This document shows, piece after piece, positions 28,792-38,328 of a stretch of 64,000 nt of DNA. The position numbers and the translations under genes are program-made. The stretch covers positions 256,001-320,000 of the forward strand of contig JBEPYO010000001.1 of the NCBI GenBank assembly GCA_041641295.1, in the 5' to 3' direction. Source of the stretch: Nitrososphaerota archaeon. Its GTDB lineage: Archaea; Thermoproteota; Nitrososphaeria_A; Caldarchaeales; Calditenuaceae. The number at the start of each line of letters is the position of its first letter. Position 1 is the stretch's first letter. Below the pieces are notes generated by a model. That model was not told where the DNA came from, searched no databases, and saw only the letters and a list, made by a program, of their open reading frames with translations.

Positions 28792-29709
28792 GTGTATCGC
28801 GTCCTGCGCAGAGGCGTTCTCCAAACCGTCGCGGATGCAGTTGGAAACACTCCGATAGTAGACCTTACAGAGCCACTCTCGATCAAGAATGGGTCAAGGG
28901 TCCTTGCTAAGTTAGAGTTTTTCAACCCTAGTGGCTCTGTCAAAGATAGACCCGCCCTATACATCGTCAGAGACGCTATAGCTCAGGGGCTGGTAACACC
29001 AAATATGACAATCCTTGACGCTTCATCCGGAAACATGGCTGTAAGCCTATCCCTGATGGCCGCCTGCTTCGGTCTAAAGACGAAGATAGTCGTCCCAGAA
29101 AACATCAGTCGAGAGAAGATAGGACTGCTCCGGATACTGGGCGCGGAGATAGTCTACACAGACCCGCTTGAGGGGATAGACGGCGCCATAAGGGAGGCGA
29201 GGAGGCTGGCAGAATCCGACCCCAAGAAATACTACTATTCAAACCAGTATGATAACCCCTCCAACGTCAGGGCCCACTATGAGACAACCGGGCCTGAGAT
29301 TATACGCCAGACGCGGGGCAGGGTAACCCACTTCGTGGCAGGCGTAGGGACTTCGGGAACCCTGATGGGGGCTGGCCAACGTCTACGCGAATATAACAAG
29401 AGGATAAAGATCATTGAGGTGCAGCCCGACGGCCCGCTCCACGGGATTGAGGGCCTCAAGCACATGGAGAGCTCGATAAAGCCGAAGATATACGATCCAT
29501 CCTTCGCGGATAGCCTGATACAGATCTCGACTGAAGAGGCTTACCAGCATTCTAAGCTCCTAGCATGTCGTGCGGGTGTTCTGGCGGGGCTGTCGGGGGG
29601 AGCAAACGTGGCAGCCGCGCTCCGAGTTGCACTAGAGAATCCGGGCTCTGTTGTCGTAACTCTGATCCCCGACGGCGCTGCCAGGTATGTAAACCTGCTG
29701 CTGGGCTGA
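28792..29709 (+). CDS. Cysteine synthase (PLP-dependent, CysM/CysK family)
   Basis: GNTP, KLE..NP.GSVKDR, SSGN, GTSGT and IEGL. Confidence 0.92.
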   Translation: MYRVLRRGVLQTVADAVGNTPIVDLTEPLSIKNGSRVLAKLEFFNPSGSVKDRPALYIVRDAIAQGLVTPNMTILDASSGNMAVSLSLMAACFGLKTKIVVPENISREKIGLLRILGAEIVYTDPLEGIDGAIREARRLAESDPKKYYYSNQYDNPSNVRAHYETTGPEIIRQTRGRVTHFVAGVGTSGTLMGAGQRLREYNKRIKIIEVQPDGPLHGIEGLKHMESSIKPKIYDPSFADSLIQISTEEAYQHSKLLACRAGVLAGLSGGANVAAALRVALENPGSVVVTLIPDGAARYVNLLLG

Positions 29710-29750
29710 GAATGGTTTATAAGACTAAAGGTAGAACTGTTATTCCGGTA

Positions 29751-30458
29751 TTGCCGGTCAACGAGTCTATAGTTGTCTATGAGGAGGGGATGGAAGACTT
29801 CTATCTCGAAGACGCATCCCTAATTGAGGGTCTTCCTGGTATTGGTCTTGTTTCGAAAATCAGTGTAGCCTACATTTTGGGGAAGGTAAAGCCTGTAAAG
29901 CTTTGCAGGGTCTACTCGCCCCATTTCCCCTCTTATGGATTCATATCAGAGGGAAAACTCCTGCCACACTTTCTCGACATATACGCCGTTGAAGACCCTT
30001 CACCCACGCTGATAGTGTACGGCACCTCCCAGCCCTCAAGCAGCTACGGTCAGCACGAACTGTGTGGAAAGATAATAGATATAGCCGCCAAACACGGTGT
30101 TAGGCGCGTCTTCACACTCGGCGGCTTGGGTGGGAAGGAGGACGTAGCGCAGAGACGGAGGATATACTGCTCCTCAACCAGCAAAGCCTACCTCGAGAAG
30201 TACATGGGGCTCGTGGGAGGGGAGGTTTATGGTGGACAGATTGTAGGTGCTGCGGGGATAATGATGGTTATGGCGGGGCAGAGAGGCCTTGAAAACATGG
30301 GCATGCTGATTGAGATTGGAAATTCTATGCCGGACTATTATGCAGCCCAGAGGGGTGTAGAGGCTCTCTCAAAGCTTTGTTCGCTCGGATTAGAGGGGGT
30401 TGGGGTAAGCGAGCTAATAACCGTCTCGAGCAGGAGCATCGCTAGGCTTGAGGCATAA
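29751..30458 (+). CDS. PAC2 (proteasome assembly chaperone) family protein
   Basis: IEGLPGIGLV, VFTLGG and IVGAAG. The start is placed at TTG 29751, downstream of TTTATAA; the track start 29565 overlaps cysteine synthase. Confidence 0.85.
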   Translation: MPVNESIVVYEEGMEDFYLEDASLIEGLPGIGLVSKISVAYILGKVKPVKLCRVYSPHFPSYGFISEGKLLPHFLDIYAVEDPSPTLIVYGTSQPSSSYGQHELCGKIIDIAAKHGVRRVFTLGGLGGKEDVAQRRRIYCSSTSKAYLEKYMGLVGGEVYGGQIVGAAGIMMVMAGQRGLENMGMLIEIGNSMPDYYAAQRGVEALSKLCSLGLEGVGVSELITVSSRSIARLEA

Positions 30459-30466
30459 AGAATGGC

Positions 30467-30889
30467 TCATCCTGTCTCGCGCTTCCACTCCTCCCAGATC
30501 CTCTGAATCCTCTCGGCTGCCGGTCCCGATCCCTCAATAACACCGTCCTTAGTCACCCTAATCCTATCCATCACAACTATCACCCCGGCCTCCCGTATGT
30601 ACCGTGCCATGTTCGGGAAAAGGGCGTTTATCCTTTCGAAGAGTGAGGTTAGGTCGGGGCCAGCCTCCACCACCTCGATCGTAGAGACGCTGCGGCCCGA
30701 GATGAAAATCCTTGAGACAGGCTTACCATCATCCGTCGTGGCGTCTACTAGCCATAGGCTGTAGTCTGTAGGATTATATGCCGCAACCCTCCCTGTAACC
30801 CTTCTCCCATTCGCCATTAAAACAGTCACAACTCTCTCAAGCACTGAGGCGAACTCCTCACCAAACTTTCTCGAAGCAAGCGCGGACAT
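30467..30889 (-). CDS. Sm-like protein with C-terminal domain (SmAP3/Lsm_C)
   Basis: Sm fold followed by a DRIRV...GV.EGSGP.A.R extension. ATG 30889. Confidence 0.85.
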   Translation of the reverse strand: MSALASRKFGEEFASVLERVVTVLMANGRRVTGRVAAYNPTDYSLWLVDATTDDGKPVSRIFISGRSVSTIEVVEAGPDLTSLFERINALFPNMARYIREAGVIVVMDRIRVTKDGVIEGSGPAAERIQRIWEEWKRETG

Positions 30890-30984
30890 AAAATATCTGA
30901 AAAAACATACAAAAGCCAGCATTTAAAGACTATCACCCCTCAAGGCAGCACAAGGGCTGTCTCGCCCAAATCCCCCGCCTACTC

Positions 30985-31680
30985 CTATCTGTTACCTGCC
31001 TCCACCAGCTCCAGCAGACATAGAATCCTAGAAGCGGCGACCCATGCATCCAGCGTGTGCTCAGAGAGCCTGACCTCCCTATGGGCGATCGATCTTATCT
31101 CTGGAGAAAAGTCTCCGTGGGGGAAACATCCTACTACAAAGACAGTTGGCTTAGGACTCTTAGAGAGCTCTTCCAGCACCCTCATCTCCACACGAACTCC
31201 GGTCTCTGAGAGGAGGACCACGCTCCCAGCCCCTAAGCCCCTCACCCAACTCTTGAGGTCCGAGTCCAATACGCGGAGCAGAACCTCACCTGCATCAGAC
31301 TCGATCACTTTCTCGGCCAGGAGCTTCTCAAAAAGACTTTTGAAGCGGTCATAATTTCTCGGGAGTCTAACCTTGGGGTTCACCCAGATCATGTGGCCTT
31401 GCTGGGTGTGAATGTATACCTCCAGCCTCTCAGCCTTGTTGAGCGGTGAGCCGAGAACCTCTAGGATAGTGAAGTGGAGTATGTCGGGCCGTCCCCTCCT
31501 TTCTCTCCCTGGAAGACCTCTCATCGCCGTATGATGGTATGAGGAGTCTAGTAGAGTCCTCGCAGGGCTCTTTCCCCTCCTTCGACAATAGGAGGCCACA
31601 GCCGGGTGGCTCCAGATCTCTCGAGGGATAAACTCGACCGCGGAGTCTGCGAGAAGAACTATGTATTTGGGAGTGGCCAG
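30985..31680 (-). CDS. nep1: 16S rRNA pseudouridine N1-methyltransferase Nep1/EMG1; probable CTG start
   Basis: LLDSSYH, RGRPDI.H, R.PRNY.RF and G.FPHG. The conserved N-terminus YIVLLADSAVEFIP lies in frame upstream of GTG 31599. Confidence 0.92.
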   Translation of the reverse strand: MATPKYIVLLADSAVEFIPREIWSHPAVASYCRRRGKSPARTLLDSSYHHTAMRGLPGRERRGRPDILHFTILEVLGSPLNKAERLEVYIHTQQGHMIWVNPKVRLPRNYDRFKSLFEKLLAEKVIESDAGEVLLRVLDSDLKSWVRGLGAGSVVLLSETGVRVEMRVLEELSKSPKPTVFVVGCFPHGDFSPEIRSIAHREVRLSEHTLDAWVAASRILCLLELVEAGNR

Positions 31681-31720
31681 CTTGCACTCACACTCTTAAA
31701 ACAAACCTACGAGTAGATGG

Positions 31721-32695
31721 CTAGTCGACCCTCGCCCCTTCAACTCCGTCGAGAGCGCAGAGCGCTGCACCATATAGTGGTGCAAGATCTCCGTGTACTG
31801 GCTTGGCTATGCGGGGCTTATCGAGTAGAAGGAACTTGTCTATACGTGGAAATACCTCGCTTTGGAAGAAGGTCTCGTGCCCGAGATAGATGGCCCCACC
31901 TATCACCAATACTTCCGCGTCGAAGGCGTTGATTACACCTGCGAATCCTGCAGCGTAAAAGTCCTTTAGCAGCTCAAACAGCCCCAAGGCCGCCCTGTCT
32001 CCAACATAGTATAATTCAAAACACTTCTTGGCATCAAGACTTTTATCAATGTACGCCCTCTCCAGGCCCGTCCCCCTTTCCAGTCGCCCATCCCTAAGAA
32101 GCCTCTCAGCTAGGCGGGGTATATTCGCACCCGAACAATACGCCTCCCAGTGGCCCCGCCCACCACACCCGCAGTCCATGTATCCAGCCGCATCGATGAC
32201 TATGTGGCCTATCTCAGCCCCATTCCCAATTTTTCCTAGGATTAGGTGCCCATTGTCTACAACCCCGCCTCCAATCCCGCTGCTGATTGTGATGTATATA
32301 AGATTCCTGACTCCCTCCTCCTTTCTTGACCACCATTCTCCATAGGCGGCCGCGTTACAGTCGTTTAGGAAGTAGTAATCAACGTCCAGCTCCTCCTTCA
32401 GATAGGCTAGGAGGGGGATCTCGCGCCCCTTGTCGGCAATGTTGGGGGCCTTCAGGATCACCCCCCTCTTTGAATCCAAGGGTCCGATTGAGGCCACACC
32501 ACACCTCCAAATCGCGGACCAGTCCTGGCCCGCCACCTCCCTAGCCAAGTCCAAGAGCGCCCTCGGGACAGACTCAGGAGAGTTGGTTTGTGGGGTTTTC
32601 CCACTCTTAAACCGGAGCAGCCTCCCCTCCTCGTTGAACACCCCCACACGCATATTCGTCGCACCCACATCCGCAGCGAGAATAAGCCCGCTCAC
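31721..32695 (-). CDS. ROK-family sugar kinase (glucokinase-like)
   Basis: ADVGAT, NDCNAAA.GE, SSGIGGG, AEIGH and CGCG..GHWEAY. Confidence 0.92.
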   Translation of the reverse strand: MSGLILAADVGATNMRVGVFNEEGRLLRFKSGKTPQTNSPESVPRALLDLAREVAGQDWSAIWRCGVASIGPLDSKRGVILKAPNIADKGREIPLLAYLKEELDVDYYFLNDCNAAAYGEWWSRKEEGVRNLIYITISSGIGGGVVDNGHLILGKIGNGAEIGHIVIDAAGYMDCGCGGRGHWEAYCSGANIPRLAERLLRDGRLERGTGLERAYIDKSLDAKKCFELYYVGDRAALGLFELLKDFYAAGFAGVINAFDAEVLVIGGAIYLGHETFFQSEVFPRIDKFLLLDKPRIAKPVHGDLAPLYGAALCALDGVEGARVD

Positions 32696-32757
32696 AATTC
32701 TAGCACTATTTAACGAGGATTAAAGATTACCGCCCTTCTCGAGCGATGGGACACACT

Positions 32758-33168
32758 TTAACCACACTCAAACTCTATGGAGAGCGTCAGGACTGTATCG
32801 CCTATCCTTAGGATGATGGGGTCGTTGAACGGGTTGACTCCCTTGGACTCCAACAGCTTAACAAGGGATACAATCCTGTCCCTAGGCACAAGGGTTACAA
32901 CAGGTTCTGGGACCGCGGACAGGAACTCTCTCCCGAATCTGTTCAGCGCATCCAACCGCTCCTGCCCCTTTTTCACAGCCTCCCCTACGGCCTCCAAAAG
33001 ACCATAACCGCCCACCTCCTCCAAGGATAGCTCCAGAATTGGCGTAAGATCCGGTGCATAGCCCAGCTTCACTCTCACCATCTCTGGGAGCTGCTCCAGA
33101 TATCTGCCCATCGCCCATGAAACCCTTTTCCAGTTCTCAACAAATAGGTTTTGCCCGCTGGACACCAT
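32758..33168 (-). CDS. Hypothetical protein ending EFECG
   Basis: 136-aa ORF divergent from the Mo-oxidoreductase gene. Confidence 0.7.
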   Translation of the reverse strand: MVSSGQNLFVENWKRVSWAMGRYLEQLPEMVRVKLGYAPDLTPILELSLEEVGGYGLLEAVGEAVKKGQERLDALNRFGREFLSAVPEPVVTLVPRDRIVSLVKLLESKGVNPFNDPIILRIGDTVLTLSIEFECG

Positions 33169-33232
33169 CTCTTTTAAACCGAGTAGTGGAGATATAGTTA
33201 ATTGAGCCGCCCCTCACCGTACATCTTGAGTC

Positions 33233-33841
33233 ATGGAGACAGTGCTTCCACCCGGCCAGAGATATGTGAGAGGATTCATAATCTATGCGGCACTTGGCTT
33301 ACCTGAGGTCGATATTGAGAGCTATAGGCTGAGGGTTACCGGCAGCGTCGATAAGGAGCTGGAGTTCTCATACGAGGCGCTCCTAAATAATCCTGTAAAG
33401 ACAACCTATAGGTCAGACTTCCACTGTGTCACTAAGTGGTCTGTGCGGGATGTTTTGTGGGAGGGTATCCCTGTTAGATGGTTCGCAGAGCAGGCTGGAG
33501 TGAAGAATGGTGCTGCGTGGGTATTTTTCCGCTGTTTAGACGGCTACATGGCTCCAGTCCCCATCGAGGACGCCCTCTCGGAAAAGGCGATTGTGGTCTT
33601 GAAGATGAATGGAGAGCCGCTGAAACTGGAGAATGGATACCCATGCCGGGCCTTCATCCCCCATCTCTATGGCTGGAAGTCTGCTAAGCACCTCTGCGAG
33701 ATAGAGTTCTCAGACACTTATATGGATGGGTTTTGGGAGGCTTATGGCTATCACGAGAGGGGGAATGTTTGGGAAGAGGAGAGGTTCAAGCAAGGTTTTA
33801 GCAGACACGTAAGGAGGAACCCACTTGTCACCCATAAATGA
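33233..33841 (+). CDS. Sulfite oxidase-family molybdopterin-binding oxidoreductase
   Basis: LPPGQ, DFHCVT.WS, G.P.R, YGWKSAK and GFWE..GYH.RG. Confidence 0.9.
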   Translation: METVLPPGQRYVRGFIIYAALGLPEVDIESYRLRVTGSVDKELEFSYEALLNNPVKTTYRSDFHCVTKWSVRDVLWEGIPVRWFAEQAGVKNGAAWVFFRCLDGYMAPVPIEDALSEKAIVVLKMNGEPLKLENGYPCRAFIPHLYGWKSAKHLCEIEFSDTYMDGFWEAYGYHERGNVWEEERFKQGFSRHVRRNPLVTHK

Positions 33842-33844
33842 TAA

Positions 33845-34564
33845 CTACAGGCCGCCATAGAGGAATAACTGTTCGCTACCAAAGGATGGGATAAAGACTT
33901 TCCGAACTCTTACACCCTTGAGAAATTTCCCAGCCGCTTCGAGGTGCCTCCTCCTTCTTTCAGGACCACCCGTCTGAGGCGAGGCGGGTCCAATGTAGCA
34001 CGAGCAGCGACCACCGCACCTCGCAGCTACAAACCGGTAGAGCTCCTCCAGCCCAACTCCTCCGCCTAGCCACTCCTCTGTTAAATCGAGGACTAATGCG
34101 TCATAATACCCCTCATCATCCCTGATGAATCTGAAGGCATCACCTATCACAAGCCTAGTCCTAGGGTCCTCTAAGGCCTCCTTTACGCCGGGAATATGGA
34201 GTCGACATGCCTCAACCACAAGGGGGTCAATCTCTACAATGGTTACCCTCTCTATACTCGGGCTACTGAGAAGCGCTTTCAGTGTCTGACCGCTACCACC
34301 GCCGAGAACTAAGACGTTTTTCAACCCGCGCCTCAGAACCGGCCCCACTAAAGCCCTGTTGAAAATGTGCGCGTCAAACTCTGTGTGCTGAAGGTTCCCG
34401 TCCAAGAGAAGCATGACGCCGTAGGCCTCATTCTCTATGATGTCTATCCGCTGAAACATTGACCGCCCTCTGAACAGCACCTTCTTAGCATGATATACGA
34501 CGTGGAGGCCGGGGTATGGTTGATAAACAATATACTCCGAGTCGTCGAAGCATATCTTAGGCAT
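33845..34564 (-). CDS. Divergent spermidine synthase-like protein
   Basis: S.FQ.I, LLDG..Q, LVLGGGSG, VEIDP, GDAF.F and IPSF. Several canonical residues are altered. Confidence 0.75.
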   Translation of the reverse strand: MPKICFDDSEYIVYQPYPGLHVVYHAKKVLFRGRSMFQRIDIIENEAYGVMLLLDGNLQHTEFDAHIFNRALVGPVLRRGLKNVLVLGGGSGQTLKALLSSPSIERVTIVEIDPLVVEACRLHIPGVKEALEDPRTRLVIGDAFRFIRDDEGYYDALVLDLTEEWLGGGVGLEELYRFVAARCGGRCSCYIGPASPQTGGPERRRRHLEAAGKFLKGVRVRKVFIPSFGSEQLFLYGGL

Positions 34565-34620
34565 CCACTACACCCATTCGGATAGACTATATAATCCGTT
34601 TAGGTTTTAATGACCACGAG

Positions 34621-35424
34621 TTGAGAGGCACCATACGACCACTCTACAACGAGTTGGCGGAGCTCTACGAGACGATAGAGGAGAGGAATTACAGGGCAGA
34701 GATCTCGCTCATAGATAGGGTGTTCAGGGAGAATCAAGTCAAGAGTGTAATAGATCTTGGGTGCGGAACAGGCATCCACGTGAGGGAGCTGGCAAGACTA
34801 GGGTACAGCGCAGTAGGGATAGACCTCTCTCCATCAATGATAAGGGTGGCTAAGAAGAGGGCGCGCGGCATAAAACGTGCAAAGTTCGTAAAAGCGGACT
34901 ACTACACCTACAACCCTAAGACAAGGTTCGATGGCGCCCTCTGCCTAAACTGGTCAATCCCAGTCACCCTGAGAGACGTGGAGAGATTCTTCTCTAACAC
35001 GGCCCGCCTCCTAAGAGAGGGGGGCATCCTGATAATAGACTACGAAAGGCCAAGCGATATAGTGTGGGGGGATGTAGGCAGGCCGGTTATCGACTCTTGG
35101 AGGTTTAAGGGAGGCCAGATAGTCCGTGTCTCTGTAGGAGAGATTAGACGAAACGTGATGAAGAGTAGGGACGTCTACATCGTCTTCGGGCAGCCTAGAG
35201 GATTCAGCCCGCCAAGCGAGCGGGAGAGATACTTGGGTAGGTGGAGAGGAGAGAACGTGGTAGTTTTCCTAGATGTATCGCATGTCAGGTTCTATGAGCC
35301 TCGAGAACTTGCGAGAATAGCCTCAAAACACGGTTTCAGCTCCCAGAGAATCTTACCGTTAAAGACGAAGCGAGGATATGTACGGCTCTACAACATATTC
35401 GTCAAGAGGGGGAAGAAAAAATAG
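34621..35424 (+). CDS. Class I SAM-dependent methyltransferase
   Basis: IDLGCGTG, GIDLSP.M and L.EGG.L. Confidence 0.88.
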   Translation: MRGTIRPLYNELAELYETIEERNYRAEISLIDRVFRENQVKSVIDLGCGTGIHVRELARLGYSAVGIDLSPSMIRVAKKRARGIKRAKFVKADYYTYNPKTRFDGALCLNWSIPVTLRDVERFFSNTARLLREGGILIIDYERPSDIVWGDVGRPVIDSWRFKGGQIVRVSVGEIRRNVMKSRDVYIVFGQPRGFSPPSERERYLGRWRGENVVVFLDVSHVRFYEPRELARIASKHGFSSQRILPLKTKRGYVRLYNIFVKRGKKK

Positions 35425-35457
35425 TGTTAATATCTGACTCAAGCACATGGATTTGTA

Positions 35458-35676
35458 ATGTCACAAATAAAGGAGCGAAAAGCCAGAATCCCCGACCATA
35501 GACACTGCATCATATGTGGACGGCCGGTTCCTCCTAAGGAGGAGCTATGCTCTGACGAGTGTAAGAATGTCTATGAGGGGAGGCTCAAGAGGGAGAGAAG
35601 AACCCGCCTCCTACTCCTAATACTCTACATAGCCCTGCTAGGCTCTCTCTTCTTTTTCTTCTTCCTCCCCAGATGA
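35458..35676 (+). CDS. DUF2116-like Zn-ribbon membrane protein
   Basis: HRHC..CG.P......CS.EC followed by a C-terminal TM helix. Confidence 0.85.
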   Translation: MSQIKERKARIPDHRHCIICGRPVPPKEELCSDECKNVYEGRLKRERRTRLLLLILYIALLGSLFFFFFLPR

Positions 35677-36678
35677 GTGGATCGTGATGGGGGCGACATC
35701 CCTCTCGCTATACAGCCCCCACTTCCCCCCCTCAAGGACAAAAGAGTACACCACACCGGGGACAGGGTCGGCGATGAATTCGCGCATATTCAAGGCATTC
35801 AATAGCTCCCCTAGCCGCCTAGACCCGTTAAGGATAATCAACGCGTCCTCTCCACTATATGTTCTCGGGTTCCAAACACCCCAGTCAACCTCCCCACTCC
35901 TCACATCAGCCAACACCTCCTCGTGTTTTAGGTTTAGGGCACCGTGATTGAGTATTCTTGAGAGTTTCAGCCTGACTTTTCCTGAGAAGAACTTGCCGGC
36001 TCTCTCCGCTGCAGAGAGTAGGTAGTTGATGCCCCCCTTTGAGCCGTAGCTTAGCGAGCATTGGGCGCCTTCAAGATGTAGGTAGGATTTCTCGAGGCCG
36101 ATTTTTAAGAGGCCGCCGGAAGACTTGACCCAAACAACATACAGCTCCGGACCGTGGGTTAGGGATATCTTCAGGGCTGGGCATTTGAGGATTCCCTTAG
36201 CATTCTCGCCGCGCCCTATCAGAAGACCGACCACTTGGCCACGTGGCAAGGCAATGTGTAGGTTAGCCACCGAGTGTAGCTCCATTTTTGAGCTGGGAGT
36301 AAAATCAAAAGACGTTCGTAGTGACTCGCCGATATGATATTCAGTCGCGGTGAGTTCTCCAACTTCTAAGACTCCACTAATCGGTCTCTTAAACTCAAGG
36401 CTGACACGTAACTGTTCTCCTCGGTCTCCGGACACGGCACTTACCGATCTTAGGGGAGTCTTGCCTGTGCTTAGGGCTAAAAGGATCAGGATGACTGCTG
36501 TTACAAATATCAAAAGTGCGGGACTGGGTCCTTGCGGGTTGAGGGGGTCCTGAGGCTTAATAATCATTAGTAAGAGTGAGAGGGCTGTAATTATGGCGCC
36601 GGCTATGATTACTTTCCTCCTACTCACGGGTAAAAATGCCTTGTGTGAAAGCTCGGGGGATAGGTCGACTATCCGCAC
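35638..36678 (-). CDS. Hypothetical membrane protein (2 N-terminal TM helices, beta-rich domain)
   Basis: 346-aa ORF overlapping the DUF2116 gene tail-to-tail. Confidence 0.65.
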   Translation of the reverse strand: MRIVDLSPELSHKAFLPVSRRKVIIAGAIITALSLLLMIIKPQDPLNPQGPSPALLIFVTAVILILLALSTGKTPLRSVSAVSGDRGEQLRVSLEFKRPISGVLEVGELTATEYHIGESLRTSFDFTPSSKMELHSVANLHIALPRGQVVGLLIGRGENAKGILKCPALKISLTHGPELYVVWVKSSGGLLKIGLEKSYLHLEGAQCSLSYGSKGGINYLLSAAERAGKFFSGKVRLKLSRILNHGALNLKHEEVLADVRSGEVDWGVWNPRTYSGEDALIILNGSRRLGELLNALNMREFIADPVPGVVYSFVLEGGKWGLYSERDVAPITIHSSGEEEEKEERA

Positions 36679-36712
36679 TCTATGGTTTAGAGCTTCTCAC
36701 ATGCTTATAAGC

Positions 36713-37051
36713 TCAGCGCGATGAATATTGCTTAATTAGCCGTTTACGAACAATAGTCCCCCAAATAAGTGATACTGCGGCAACCGCTCCAAGAAGTTGA
36801 GCCGCAAAGATATTCCCGGTCAGTAGAGAAGCTATCGCTGAGAGGGAAGACGCTGCAAAGGCGAAGAAGTATAGTGGCGCCCTTCTCTCCGACTGCTCGA
36901 GATACTCGCCATGACACCCCCTCAGATGCTTCGAGTTTGTGATTCTGAGGCAGGTTGTCAGGCAGGGGAAACGGGCTGTGAGAGCGTCTACTATTGGGAG
37001 CTGCTCACCACAAAGTACACATTCGCTCATCACATGCTTCTTCGAGGACAA
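36713..37051 (-). CDS. Hypothetical membrane protein with CxxC...HxxxxH motif
   Basis: CVLC ... HLRGCH followed by two TM helices. Confidence 0.6.
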   Translation of the reverse strand: MSSKKHVMSECVLCGEQLPIVDALTARFPCLTTCLRITNSKHLRGCHGEYLEQSERRAPLYFFAFAASSLSAIASLLTGNIFAAQLLGAVAAVSLIWGTIVRKRLIKQYSSR

Positions 37052-37119
37052 TTGCTGGGGTCAGTACCTTCGGGATGGATATATATTTTCGGTTTCTACT
37101 TGTAGTCTCGCGATAACAC

Positions 37120-38328
37120 ATGCTTATCATATCCCTTTACAAGGCTGTGCCTGCGAGAACAACTAAGATTGTGACTGTGGGGGGTGTCTTGCGGAGGGAG
37201 GAGATGGATCTTGTTATGAACCCGTTCGACTACAAGGCTATAGAGGCGGCGGACTACCTGAAGAGGGCGTTTGGCGGCAAGGTAGTCTCGCTGACGATGG
37301 GGCCTGATTTCAAGCTTAAGCCCATAGCTACAAGCCTCTATGAAGCTCCTGTCGAGGGTGTTGACGAGTCCTACATTCTCAGCGACAGGAGGATGGCGGG
37401 TGCCGATACTTGGGCTACAGCCTATACCGTCAGCCTAGGTGTCAAAAAGATTGTCGAGACACATTTAGCGGCTGTTGACGAGCTTGTAACTCTTCTGCAA
37501 GCGGGTGTAAGCCCTCAGTCTTTTGCAGAGAAGGCGAAAGAACTCTATGAAAAGAACCTAATCCCAAACATTGTCTACTCTACACTGCCTACGCTCAGGG
37601 GCGAGACTCTGACTGAGAGGTTGTTGAGGGGTGAAATAAGTAGGGAGGAGGCGGTGAGAGTGTTGGAGAAGGTTAGGCAGGAGGTGGGGAGATTCGTAGT
37701 TATTGCTGGTATCAAGACTAGCGACGGAGAGACAGGGAGTACTGGTCCGCAGGTTGCTGAGGCCCTTTCCGGAATGCTTGGCAGATTTATACCGAGCGTC
37801 ACATATGTCAGAGATCTAGAGGCCGACCCTGAGGCAGGGTTCATCTACGTTGAGCGCAAGCTCGGCGATATAGTCCAGAAGCTCCGCGTACCTTTACCCT
37901 GTGTGATAACGATTTCTACCGACTATCGTCCCCGCACTCCGCAGCTAAGGCTGAAGAAGAGGGCTCGCCTATACAATTATGCAAAGAAGGTCCTGGAGAG
38001 CGTGGTCTGGAACGCGGATATGATCGGTGCCAACCCGCAGTTAATCGGGTTGGCAGGTTCTCCGACGATAGTAGGGCCTGGTATAGATATTGGTGGCCCG
38101 CCTGTTCAGAAGTTCGTTGGGAAGACACTTGTGTTCTCAACCCGCGTGGAGGAGTTTGAGTTTAATGGTAAGAAGTATGGACCTTTTGAGAGGCTGAGCA
38201 AGGCTGATGACCTGCCCCCAGATGTTTTAGACCATCTAAAGGAGCGTGGCGTAATCAAGGTGTTTGGTCTTGAGGACCTTGTTGAGGAGTTATTTGGGGT
38301 GAGGGTGAGCATTGCAAGAGAGCAGTGA
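37120..38328 (+). CDS. fixA: Electron transfer flavoprotein beta subunit (FixA), extended
   Basis: NPFD, TMGP, SDR..AGADTWAT, DGETG.TGPQ.AE and GL.GSPT.V. Confidence 0.9.
   Translation: MLIISLYKAVPARTTKIVTVGGVLRREEMDLVMNPFDYKAIEAADYLKRAFGGKVVSLTMGPDFKLKPIATSLYEAPVEGVDESYILSDRRMAGADTWATAYTVSLGVKKIVETHLAAVDELVTLLQAGVSPQSFAEKAKELYEKNLIPNIVYSTLPTLRGETLTERLLRGEISREEAVRVLEKVRQEVGRFVVIAGIKTSDGETGSTGPQVAEALSGMLGRFIPSVTYVRDLEADPEAGFIYVERKLGDIVQKLRVPLPCVITISTDYRPRTPQLRLKKRARLYNYAKKVLESVVWNADMIGANPQLIGLAGSPTIVGPGIDIGGPPVQKFVGKTLVFSTRVEEFEFNGKKYGPFERLSKADDLPPDVLDHLKERGVIKVFGLEDLVEELFGVRVSIAREQ

Noticed and set aside
29565-29750. Cys-rich N-terminal extension on PAC2
   Set aside because: It is an out-of-frame overlap with cysteine synthase, and a TATA box supports the downstream start.
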